Source: Macrostomum lignano (taxonomy: Eukaryota). Taken from it: 64,000 bases of DNA. Position numbers and translations under genes: made by a program. This document shows positions 1 through 11,100 of this stretch, one piece after another (positions within the stretch are counted from its first letter, which is position 1; every line of letters begins with the position of its first letter). The notes beneath the pieces were generated by a model. That model searched no databases. It was given only the letters and a program-made list of their open reading frames with translations, and was not told the DNA's origin. The stretch lies in assembly GCA_002269645.1 (NCBI GenBank), contig NIVC01002989.1:62001-126000 (forward strand). Reading direction: 5' to 3'.

Positions 1-3000
1 TGCAGCGGCTGGCGAGCGTGGCCGACGAGCACGCCTTGGTAAGAGAGGCGCTATTGCAATAATGCGCAATCTGAGATGAGTTCAGTATTGATTGGAGGTT
101 TGGCAGTGTGTCCTGAGAGTTGGCAGTGTGTCCTGAGGCTTGGCAGTGTGTCCTGAGGCTTGGCAGTGTGTCCTGAGAGTTGGCAGTGTGTCCTGAGGGT
201 TGGCAGTGTGTCCTGAGAGTTGGCAGTGTGTCCTGAGGCTTGGCAGTGTGTCCTGAGGCTTGGCAGTGTGTCCTGAGGGTTGGCAGTGTGTCCAGAGGGT
301 TGGCAGTGTGTCCTGAGAGTTGGCAGTGTGTCCTGAGGCTTGGCAGTGTGTCCTGAGGCTTGGCAGTGTGTCCTGAGGGTTGGCAGTGTGTCCACAGGGT
401 TGGCAGTGTGTCCTGAGAGTTGGCAGTGTGTCCTGAGGGTTGGCAGTGTGTCCTGAGGCTTGGCAGTGTGTCCTGAGAGTTGGCAGTGTGTCCTGAGGGT
501 TGGCAGTGTGTCCTGAGGCTTGGCAGTGTGTCCTGAGAGTTGGCAGTGTGTCCTGAGGCTTGGCAGTGTGTCCTGAGGCTTGGCAGTGTGTCCTGAGGCT
601 TGGCAGTGTGTCCTGAGGTTCGCACGCTACTGAGAAATCTTGCACCTACTATTAGCAGCATAAATGCAGTTGATTGTCAATCTCCATTCAACCTCTGCAC
701 CTTCCAGTGCCCGCCGCCTCCGCCTGCCTTTGCTGATTCGTCGAGCACCTCGTCGAAGCCGGACAAAGCGGAGAAGCTGCTCATGCAGCAGCAGCAGCAG
801 CAGCAGCAGTTCTCTCAGCCGGCGACATCAATGAAACTGGAGGCTTCAACGGCCGATTCCGACGACGACTGCGTGCTGATGGAGACGGACTTCATGCTGG
901 ATCAGTCCGGCCTCGGAGGCAGCAGGCTGGGCGGCGGTCGCTCCCAGCAGGTGCTGATGGGCGCCGGCTTGTCTGGCCTGGCTGGCGACGACTCCGCACT
1001 CATGGGCGGCAGCGGCGGCGCCGGCAGCGGCGGTGTCGGCGAGCTGTCCAACGAGTGGAAAAGCGTGCTCAGGCGGGCCTATCGAGTGCTCAAAGACGAG
1101 ACTGGCAGCAACGTATTCGACTTTGCCCTGCCCTATTCGGCCAAGGCCAATGTGCAGGCGGCCAATCGGGTGATTGACAAGGCGCTAATGCTTGGCCGCG
1201 AGCGGCCGGCCAATCTGCAAGCCTGGCGCAGTGAGAATTTTCTAGCATTTTATTGAAATAAAACTACTTAGTATCAGTAGTACAATTTGCGTATTTAGTT
1301 AAAAACTAGAAATGATATTATAAAAGGGCGTTGCAGGGCCATCGCAAAGATGTGTGTTTGTGCATATTTAATGAGCTAAATATTAATTAGGCTAGCAAGG
1401 CGGGATTCGAACAATATTATTTGGCTTCGTTTCTCAACGTCTGGACAGAAAATTGTCCCCTCATTTTCTAGTATGTTAATAATTAACTAATTAACTCAAA
1501 CTAACTGCTTTTACCTTAAAAAAGTTAATGCTAATCAGAGCTTTAATGTTGATCCAATTTCGCCTGGAAAGTCTATCGTCAATAATTTAGGATAATTAAA
1601 GGAAACTTACACATTATCATAATATGAATAATCATGTTGCAACTGATGGCAGACAGCGCACTGAAGAACTACCTGAGAGTGTACTACAAGTCTACTCTAA
1701 AGCCTACTTATAAAAGATTCGAAGACGCCGCCAGGATGGCCGGTATAATGACGCTCTCCGTGGTAAGGATGAGGGAACCATAGGCAACATATCTTTCAAA
1801 TTCACCTTGGAACTCAATAGGAATCATTGGAGAGCTATGATATTTTTATATTGTACAAGTTTAAACGACTCACATGAGCTTTTGGAGATGAAGCGCCGTA
1901 CTAGCTTGTCCGAAGATTTTGATTGGTTTGCCGAATTTCGATGCGGTAAGCAAAGTCCGGATGATGAGGGGCGCAGCTTCCTGTTCGGGCCTTGGTTTAG
2001 GATGACACCTGAGTCACTGCGGCCCCGATAGAAGCTGAGATGGGCATCTGATCGGGATCCATCCGGCTGATCTTGTACTCAATGCTCAACCTGAGCAAGA
2101 TTTCTGCACGCTGGGTGCCCATCAGCTGGTTATTAAGAGATTCAACTCAATTTTACCTTCAATTTGGCTACTAAATCAAATATGCCAATGGTCAAGCCAG
2201 TACAAGCCAAGTGCACTGCAGCTCCTTTGCGCTAGTTAAGCTTTTAAATTGGCAATACTTAACGAACTGAATAATAATCATTCTTGTATTATTTTGATCT
2301 TACAACTCGTATTGTAGCCATGATCGGGCGGTACTTCAAGGCCTACTATTACAGCGTATTAAAGAGAGATCACAATATTAAGTCGGTGAAAAATGGCAAC
2401 ACAAAAATTATTAAACAGTTATTGGTAAATCAATTAAATTTGTTTGCTGCTTTTTATTAGCTGAGTTGAGTCACGAGCGCATCACATGAGCTGCAAAATC
2501 GTAAAAGAGTCGCTGTAGTTTCTAATAACTCGAGTAGACTAAATAGTGCTGCTATAATTGCGTAAAAGGATTCTATTCATAATTCATAAAGTGACGCAAC
2601 TCAGTGATTCCACAGCGACTCTGACACACCTCAGATACGACCCTACGCCCTCAGAGACATTACAGAATCGCCCAGAGTCCTTTCAGAGTCGCAGACAATA
2701 AACCCCTCAAATTGACTCTTGACGTGACGCAAGTGACTCTGGGATGCTTCTTGGCCTGGGTACAGTTTTCATCCGGTCAGCGAAATGAAGCCTTAGAGCC
2801 TTAAAAGCCTAAGGATTTAGCTTTCATAATAATTATCAGCAAATCAATTGTGCCGAAATCAATACTTGCAGCCTCTTGTCATCGTTACCTAAAGCCGCAT
2901 TACTCTAAGAACTTGCGCTATCCCTACCAGCGCCGTTTGAGACCGAATTTTAGCATATCAGCCACTCTTGTGAGTTACAAAACACTTAAGATTATTATAA

Positions 3001-6000
3001 GTCTCTTGAGCATCTGTCGCATATCTTGGCCTTGCAACAACTCCAATTCTTGTGTTATATTTCATTCGTGTATATTAAAACTACAGATTTATGAATTTTT
3101 GTAAAAAAATACTTGAAATTGTAGCCAGTTCCTTCAAATATCTTCGCATTTGGTATACGCAATTTTTGAAGCGCAGCTTCAAAGCCAAGACCGATAAATG
3201 CAAGATCTCCTCTCTTATCAGCCTGCAGACTGTGAGTATTGGTGGTCTGTTCATCAGCCCACGAATCATAAGCAACCACCCCAGATCTCGTCCCCCGCGA
3301 TGTACATCAGCCCAAGAATCATAGTGACCACCCTCAGATCTCGTCCCTCGCAATGTACATCAGCCCACGAATCATAGCGACCACCCTCAGATCTCGTCCC
3401 TCGCAATGTACATCAGCTCACGAATCAAAAGCGAGCACCCTCAGATCTCGTCCCTCGCAATGTACATCAGCCCACGAATCATAGCGACCACCCTCAGATC
3501 TCGTCCCTCGCAATGTACATCAGCTCACGAATCAAAAGCGAGCACCTCCAGATCTCTTCCCCCGCAATGTGTACATCAGTTCACAAACATAAGCAACCAT
3601 CCCTAATCCCCATCCAAAATACACGCTTTTACGCAAATGAATTTTTATTACCATTTTTATTTATTGGCTACAATACATTTTTTGAATTGATGCTTTACGT
3701 GACTAGTTTTTTGTATTGTTCCATTTTTGCGATGGGTCCTTTATATACCTTTCTGATAAGTAGTATAGGTTGATTATTTCTTAAAGCAACTGAACTTTCT
3801 AGTGCCATTTCCAATATTTATACATGTTTCAGCTGTTTCGCAAAAATATTTGCGAAATTGGTACAGTCAAAATCTTAGACGCGACTATAATGCCAAGGCT
3901 AGGCAGTCTAAGCTCAATTCGTTAATCTTCGTGCAGACTGTGAGTCTCTGGGGGTCTTCTAAATTCATGTTTGTCCCTCATTTTAGCCTCAATGTACACT
4001 CTATTCCGGCCAGCCCCCCCCTAGCCTCAATGTACACTTCTTTCCGACCAGCCCCCCTAGCCTCAATGTACACTTCTTTCCGACCAGCCCACCTAGCCTC
4101 AATGTACACTCTATTCCGGCCAGCCCCGCCCCCCCCCCTAGCCTCAATGTACACTTCTTTCCGGCCAGCCCACCTAGCCTCAATGTACACTATTCCGACC
4201 AGCTCCCCTAGCCTCAATGTGCACTATTCCGATCAGCTCCTACTAGCCTCAATGTACACTATTCCGATCAGCTCCTACTAGCCTCAATGTACACTATTCC
4301 GACCAGCTCCCCTAGCCTCAATGTACAGTATTCCGATCAGCTCCCCTAGCCTCAATGTACACTATTCCGACCAGCTCCCCTAGCCTCAATGTACACTATT
4401 CCGACCAGCTCCCCTAGCCTCAATGTACACTATTCCGACCAGCTCCCCCCTAGCCTCAATGTACACTATTCCGACCAGCTCCCCTAGCCTCAATGTACGA
4501 GCTATTCCAGCCAGCCCCCTAGCCTCAATGTACACTCTATTCCAGCCAGCCCCCCCCCTTAGCCTCAGTGTACACTTCTTTCCGGCCAGCCCACCCTAGC
4601 CTCAATGTACACTCTATTCCGGCCAGCCCCCCCCCCTAGCCAACCTAGCCTCAATGTACACTATTCCGACCAGCTCCCCTAGCCTCAATGTACACTATTC
4701 CGACCAGCTCCCCTAGCCTCAATGTACACTATTCCGACCAGCTCTCCTAGCCTCAATGTACACTATTATTCCGACCAGCTCTACTAGCCGCAATGTACAC
4801 TATTATTCCGACCAGCTCTCCTAGCCGCAATGTACACTATTATTCCGACCAGCTCTCCTAGCCTCAATGTACACTATTATTCCGACCAGCTCTCCTAGCC
4901 TCAATGTACACTATTATTCCGACCAGCTCCTACTAGCCTCAAGGTAAATAAGTCACTCCTGGCTTGAATATGCACTCGATGTGCATATATGCTCGATCGT
5001 TTGATACTATTCAATTCAGAAATAGTTAAAAAGGCTCCACTATTAATTGCGATGATTCGGCAACCGGTTTGAAACCTTTCAATTGATATTTCTATTCCTT
5101 CAAATTATCCATACCATGATGCCTGACAATATTTTTACAGCAGTGTCTATGAAATACCTGCGCAGTTGGTACACGCAGCGTTATAGGCGTGATTTTCTTG
5201 CCAAAGCTAGGCAGTCCAAGTTTAATTCGTTATTAAAAGTACAAATTGTGAGTTAGCTTGGGGCGCTTCACCTTCAGGCCTTCATCCTTGCACCTTCAGG
5301 CCTTCATCCTCACAACTTCAGGACTTTTTTCTCATACCTTCAGGCCTTTGTTCTCACACCTTCAGGCCTTTGTTCTCACACCTTCAGGCCTTCATTCTCA
5401 CACCTTCAGGCCTTCGTTCTCACACCTTCAGGCCTTCGTTCTCACACCTTCAGGCCTTCGTTCTCTCACACATTCAAACCTTCATCCTCACACCTTCAGG
5501 CCTTCGTTCTCACACCTTCAGGCCTTCGTTCTCACACCTTCAGGCCTTCGTTCTCACACCTTCAGGCCTTCGTTCTCACACACCAGGCCTTTATTCTCAC
5601 ACACCAGGTCTTCATCCTCACACCTTCAGGCTTTCATTCTCACACAACAGGCCTTTATCCTCACACCTTCAGTTCTTCATTCTTGCCTTCAGTTCTTCAT
5701 TCTCACCTTCAGGCCTTCATTCTCACCTTCAGTTCTTCATTCTCACCTTCAGGCCTTCATTCTCACCTTCAGGCTTTCATTCTCACACAACAGGCCTTTA
5801 TCCTCACACCTTCAGTTCTTCATTCTCACCTTCAGGCCTTCATTCTCACACCTTCAGGCTTTCATTCTCACACACCAGGCCTTCATACTCACACACCTTC
5901 AGGCCTTCATTCTCACACATTCAGGCCAGCCCCCCATTCTCACCCGCCCGCCTGTCCCAACTCCCCCACCCACGCAGAAGCTGAACCGTCGCCAGAAAAG

Positions 6001-6361
6001 CTACGAGGCAATCAAGGACAGCCTGGATGAGCAGTCTCGGCAGCGCTACCAGAGCGTGCTAACCAGAGACTACACCAGCTCGGATGAGGAGACCGGGGCA
6101 GACTTGGACTCAGCTGAGACCGCCCGAGTTCGCTGCTTGGCCTGGGAGAGCGCCGAATTGCGCAGCGTCAAGCAGCATCTTGACGGCGTGTTTGTCGAAC
6201 AGCTGGCCGACGAGAAGCAGCGCGCCGAGCTGCAGCGGCTTCAGCGAAATCTCGCCTGTCAGTCCGAGCGGCCGCCGCCGCCAGACTGCGCGCCGTGGGC
6301 CCGGGACCCGGCCTGGGCGCCTGCGGGAGCCCAGCAGGACTATAGCGGGGACGGGCAGTAG
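1..6361 (+). CDS. Gene 1: multi-exon C14orf93-like nuclear protein, 5'-incomplete. Exons <1-38, 708-1230, one of six cassette exons (1653-5247), 5978-6361
   Basis: Junctions are TTG|gtaaga (38), ccttccag|TGC (708), TGG CGC A|gtgaga (1230) and cacgcag|AAG (5978), with TAG at 6359-6361; phases are compatible (0,1,0). The spliced product reads ...YRVLKDETGSNVFDFALPYSAKANVQAANRVIDKAL...AWR-[cassette]-KLNRRQK...VLTRDYTSSDEE...VRCLAWESAELRSVKQHLD...SERPPPPDCAPWA. This follows the motif order I recall for C14orf93-type proteins (F-x-F...N...V, MSDEE, V-x-x-P/L-x-W/F-x-S-x-x-L, S-x-R-x-P). Family assignment is from memory, not a search. Confidence 0.75.
111..618. repeat. 20-bp intronic minisatellite (TTGGCAGTGTGTCCTGAG-GC/AG/GG)
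   Basis: About 25 near-identical tandem units in the intron 39-707. Confidence 0.95.
1653..1762 (+). CDS. Gene 1 cassette exon A (110 nt, phase 1->0): NSALKNYLRVYYKSTLKPTYKRFEDAARMAGIMTLSV
   Basis: ggcag|AC ... GTG|gtaagg; open in the required frame; Y-L-R-x-Y-Y motif shared with the other cassettes. Polypyrimidine tract is weak. Confidence 0.6.
1807..2130 (+). mobile_element. Degraded mariner (Tc1/mariner) transposase relic between cassette exons A and B
   Basis: MELNRNHWRAMIF...WFAEFRCGKQSPDDEGRS resembles the mariner N-terminal HTH region. At ~2085-2130 the sequence encodes LNLSKISARWVP, matching the mariner WVP(H)EL motif region. Frameshifted; no TIRs identified. Confidence 0.7.
2318..2424 (+). 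CDS. Gene 1 cassette exon B (107 nt, phase 1->0): TMIGRYFKAYYYSVLKRDHNIKSVKNGNTKIIKQLL
   Basis: attgtag|CC ... TTG|gtaaat; same length as D/E/F; Y6, Y10-Y11, R17-D18 and K22 align with exon F. Confidence 0.7.
2872..2969 (+). CDS. Gene 1 cassette exon C (98 nt, phase 1->0): TSCHRYLKPHYSKNLRYPYQRRLRPNFSISATL
   Basis: acttgcag|CC ... CTT|gtgagt; R5-Y6-L7-K8-x-H10-Y11 and S-x-N-L-R align with exon E. Confidence 0.7.
3125..3231 (+). CDS. Gene 1 cassette exon D (107 nt, phase 1->0): TSSFKYLRIWYTQFLKRSFKAKTDKCKISSLISLQT
   Basis: attgtag|CC ... ACT|gtgagt; KYLRxWYTQ core shared with E/F. Confidence 0.8.
3255..3570. repeat. ~44-bp minisatellite after cassette D (CAGATCTCGTCCCTCGCAATGTACATCAG...)
   Basis: About 7 tandem units; boundaries approximate. 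Confidence 0.9.
3833..3939 (+). CDS. Gene 1 cassette exon E (107 nt, phase 1->0): TVSQKYLRNWYSQNLRRDYNAKARQSKLNSLIFVQT
   Basis: gtttcag|CT ... ACT|gtgagt; 25/36 aa identical to exon F by manual count. Confidence 0.8.
3984..4942. repeat. ~37-42-bp minisatellite after cassette E (CTAGCCTCAATGTACACTATTCCGACCAGCTCCC)
   Basis: More than 20 tandem units of variable length. Confidence 0.9.
5141..5247 (+). CDS. Gene 1 cassette exon F (107 nt, phase 1->0): TVSMKYLRSWYTQRYRRDFLAKARQSKFNSLLKVQI
   Basis: atttttacag|CA ... ATT|gtgagt; the last cassette before the constant exon at 5978. Confidence 0.8.
5265..5927. repeat. ~22-bp pyrimidine-rich minisatellite after cassette F (CCTTCAGGCCTTCATTCTCACA)
   Basis: Tandem units fill the intron 5248-5977. 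Confidence 0.9.
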
Positions 6362-7467
6362 CTTTGAACTCTTTAATTAGATTATTGAGCCTGCCGATAT
6401 GTTGCGTAAATAACTTTATAAGTGTGGTCATCGAAATTGTACAATGAGGAGCTTCCTAAACTAAAAGATCGTTGTAGCAATGATGAATTAAATTAATATT
6501 GAATAAAATTATTGCAGCTCCATTACTATAGATGTGAAGAAGTTGAAGATAACTACCGATATGTTGCGTAGATAAATTTACGCAATAATAAGGTTATCGA
6601 AGCTGTACAATGAGGAACAATAATAACACATCGAAAATAATTTATTACGGATTTAAATAAGTTGAAGATATGCCGATATGTTGCGTAAAATATTTTTTTA
6701 ATTTTTGCGAGTAGTCAGTGATGATGATTGCAAAGGGGCACATCTGTATTTTAATTTAAACATTTAATTTGAAAAATAATAAATTGAATGCTTACTTCCT
6801 ACTTTAAGTAGCCTTCGATACAGGCTAGTCTAATAATATTATAATCTCTAGTGTTTTCTATTATTAGTAGCCAGCAATGCTTTTAATTTTTTTATTTGCA
6901 CAATTTTTATGCATTGTCCCACCTCCCCATCAGAATACCGACATCAGCTGTTCCGCACTTTGAACTCGACAATGATCTTCAATCCGGTTCATCTAAACTC
7001 AGCATGTGTTATTTCGTTAATTCAGAACTGGATTTTACTTGTAATCATTCTTATGCTAAACAGTTAACGCAATGCATCCTACTCGTAAATAAACATCTAA
7101 GATATAACCTACCTACTTTACTGACCAAAGTAGCAGGTTAAACATTTAAGCTGTTCATTTTGATCACCTTGTGTACCTCTGCCTAACCTGTATTTGGCAG
7201 ACTTTCTTGGCTTTTGTTTGTAAGTATGACTAATTTGAATGTTCAATTCAATTACTGTTTGCATTTTCATCGTTTATCTTGTCAACAATACTTGCATTGT
7301 CAATTTGACATTTCACAAACAGAATGACAAATACACCCAGTCACATTCGTAACTCTCCGTTTCTGTTGCCAAGCTCAGTGATGGCACTTTTAACTGTTAT
7401 TTCTCTGAGCAGGGTTTCTATTTGTTTGATGTTTTTAATAGATTGTTGTACTAACGTAGGCTAAACT

Positions 7468-7547
7468 GTGTCTGTCTGTGTCTGTCTGTCTGTGTGTCTG
7501 TCTCTGTCTGTCTGTCTGTCTGTCTGTCTGCTGTCTGTCTGTGTGTG

Positions 7548-7602
<55 letters not shown>

Positions 7603-7638
7603 GTGTCTGTGTGTCTGTCTGCTGTCTGTCTGTGTGTG

Positions 7639-7693
<55 letters not shown>

Positions 7694-7765
7694 GTGTCTG
7701 TCTCTGTCTGTCTGTCTGTGTGTGTGTCTGTCTCTGTCTGTCTGTCTGCTGTCTGTCTGTGTGTG

Positions 7766-7802
<37 letters not shown>

Positions 7803-7805
7803 TAG

Positions 7806-7838
<33 letters not shown>

Positions 7839-7871
7839 TAGTGTCTGTCTGTCTGTCTGTCTGTCTGTCTT

Positions 7872-7910
<39 letters not shown>

Positions 7911-7973
7911 TAGTGTCTGTCTGTCTGTCTTAGTGTCTGTCTATCTGTCTGTCTGTCTGTCTGTCTGTCTGTG

Positions 7974-8013
<40 letters not shown>
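7468..8013. repeat. (GTCT)n microsatellite
   Basis: Direct reading; ends at the acceptor gtctttacag (8020). Confidence 0.95.
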
Positions 8014-8014
<1 letters not shown>

Positions 8015-8124
8015 TTACAGCAAATCTAATTCAGCTGTCCATAGCTGTCAACTATGGCCATATATGTCCATCACTTGTCACTGGCCCCGTTCGCCCCACA
8101 GCCGAGCAGTGTCTCACAGCCAGC

Positions 8125-11100
8125 ATGGCCGCAGCAGTTCAATCGCCTTCTTCAATGCTAAACCAGTCGGCCGCGTCGGGCGGCGTGGGCTTCTCAGCCC
8201 TGACCCTGTTCGAGTCCACCCTGCTCAACGCGGGCATGCTGCTGGAGAGCATGCCCCTAGAAGACCTGGTGTCCGCAATGCGTCTGGTACAGAATCTGCA
8301 GCACCAGCTGGTTGACGTCATGCACCCGTCAGCCTGCCAGCTGCGTCATCAGCTCGACGAAGCCAATCGTCAACTAACGTTGCTACACGATCGGGCCACT
8401 TCAGCCGCTGTTGCCATGGAAACGGCGGCCAAACCTCCGCCTAGCAAGCGGCACTGCGCCAGCAACAGCTTCAAAGCCGAGCCGAGCGAATCCAGTCAGG
8501 CCCCAGCCTCCGCCTCCTCCCTGCTGGTTGATGAAGAAAAATTCGCCATAGGTGGTGCCACCGGTAGCGTTGGCGATTTTGTCGACGAGACATTTGACGA
8601 TGGAGCGGACGATTGCGTCATGATTATGGGGGAGGAGAGCGGCGGCAGCAGTAGTCGGCAGTTTCAGCAGCGCACCAGGCAGCGAGGCCAACAGCATCAA
8701 CACGCTGGCCGGTCATCCCTGATTGAATGCGACGATCAGCTGTCCGCTGCAGCTGCTGCGGCCGCTGCCGCCGCAGTCTCCGGCGGTGGCGCCGATGTTC
8801 GGGTGAGGACTGCGAAGTTTTCCTACTTGATTTATTTATTTTCTTTAATTTATGTATTTTTCTTGCAAATTTAGCCAAAAAAATCCATGGAGACGCTGAG
8901 TTATCTTTACTTAAGTAGTATGATAGAAAATTTCGTTTTTAGTAAGATAATAAGAGTTTAGTTTTTTAGTAAGAATCGAGGAGTGAGCTACTTAAAGTAA
9001 CTTGCAATTTAGTTAATCTAAGATATGATTTTTTAAAAATAAATTTTTAGAACCTTCTTAAAGACACTTACAAGAATCTGCGCGGTAGCGGGCCTCATCT
9101 GTTTGATTTCTCCAAACCGTAAGTTCGATAAAAGACTTGCATTATTATTTAGTTTAGTGATTAATTGGCGCTCTAATGACTCCCTAAATGTACTATTAAA
9201 CAGCTGGGAGCACACGGTCAATCAAGCTGTAGCCCAGACGGTTATCGAGCAAGCTCAATTGGCGTCCGGTATTGTTGCTGAGCCCGACACGTGGAAAGGT
9301 CAGATTTTCAAATATTCTATTGTTACGTCATATTTTTTATTTCGTAAATTAAAACAGATTAAAAGTCGTTTCTCCCTACTTAAAGTAGGAAATTTTTAAT
9401 AATTGTTGCGTCAGTTTTTTATCATACAATCAATTATCATATCATATTGCTATTAATATTATTTTACTCCTACTGACAGTAGGAATCTGAATAAAATGCG
9501 TGAGTTTTAATAATTTTATAATAAAAAATTTGCTCCTGCTCGAGTTTGAAGTCTGCTAATAATGTTAAAATAACTGAGCATTTCAATTTACTTTGTAAAT
9601 TGCTAAAGCTATATATGAATTAATTAACTAATTAAATTATCCAATTTTGTGTACTAATTGTCATACACTCGTGCCAATGAGTAGTAGATCTTCACAACTC
9701 GCTAGCGATTTATTTTATATTCATAATAATAAGTGTCTCAAATTGATGCGACTTTGCCAATGCACGACTCGCTGTAGTGATGGCCTCAAATTTGTATTAC
9801 TCTACTAAAAAGCTGCTGGCCTCCTGGGTCAACAACAGTCGAAAATATAAGCGAAGAAATGGGGTACGTGCTACATCGTTTTTATTATAATGCTGCTCAT
9901 TGCTTCAGTGACTTCTATCAACGAGTTCAATATCTTTACAAGTGTTGGATGAGCGCTGCTTTGTGTTTAAGGCCCTCCAGAGGACAGGGAAGGGATTAGT
10001 ATTGACTGCCCACCATAGGACCCTAGTAGCCTACCAATGGACCTTGGAACTGGAAGCCCAGCATATGACCTTGGAACTGGAAGCCCACTATAGGACCTTG
10101 GAACTGGAAGCCCACTATAGGACCTTGGAACTGGAAGCCCACTATAGGACCTTGGAACTGGAAGCCCAGCATATGACCTTGGAACTGGAAGCCCACTATA
10201 GGACCTTGGAACTGGAAGCCCACTATAGGACCTTGGAACTGGAAGCCCACTATAGGACCTTGGAACTGGAAGCCCAGCAGAGGACCTTGGAACTGGAAGC
10301 CCACCATAGGACCTTGGAACTGGAAGCCCAGCATATGACCTTGGAACTGGAAGCCCACTATAGGACCTTGGAACTGGAAGCCCACTATAGGACCTTGGAA
10401 CTGGAAGCCCAGCAGAGGACCTTGGAACTGGAAGCCCACCATAGGACCTTGGAACTGGAAGCCCACCATGGGACCATGGAACTGGAAGCCCACCATAGGA
10501 CCTTGGAACTGGAAGCCCACTATAGGACCTTGGAACTGGAAGCCCACTATAGGACCTTGGAACTGGAAGCCCACCATAGGACCTTGGAACTGGAAGCCCA
10601 CTAGAGGACCTTGGAACTGGAAGCCCACCATAGGACCTTGGAACTGGAAGCCCACTAGAGGACCTTGGAACTGGAAGCCCAGCAGAGGACCTTGGAACTG
10701 GAAGCCCACCATAGGACCTTGGAACTGGAAGCCCACCATAGGACCTTGGAACTGGAAGCCCACTAGAGGACCTTGGAACTGGAAGCCCACTATAGGACCT
10801 TGGAACTGGAAGCCCAGCAGAGGACCTTGGAACTGGAAGCCCAGCAGAGGACCTTGGAACTGGAAGCCCAGCAAAGGACCTTGAAACCGGAAGCCCACCA
10901 TAGGACCTTGGAACTGGAAGCCCACCATAGGACCTTGGAACTGGAAGCCCACCATAGGACTGGGGAAGGTTGAAGGCTTACCAGAGGACCAAGAGAAGGT
11001 GTTGCAGTTGCTTCAGTAAGTCTTTAATCGAAAATTCAATGTAGATTAATACTGAAAACGTATTAGTTCACTGTATCAAAGTGAACCCAGGCAGCCTTCA

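Noticed and set aside
1327-1440. Possible seventh, decayed gene 1 cassette (…CAYLMS*ILIRLARRDSN…)
   Set aside because: It has an in-frame stop and no phase-correct acceptor/donor pair; the resemblance (Y-L-x-S, RRD) is too weak to call.
6394-6695. Three copies of CCGATATGTTGCGTA downstream of gene 1
   Set aside because: Best explained as a short degenerate tandem duplication (~120-160 bp) in the 3' region; no evidence of function.
9909-11015. Further gene 2 cassette using the acceptor at 9908 or the donor at 11016
   Set aside because: The phase-1 frame from 9909 hits TGA after 14 codons, and the phase-0 frame before 11016 has a stop at 10971.
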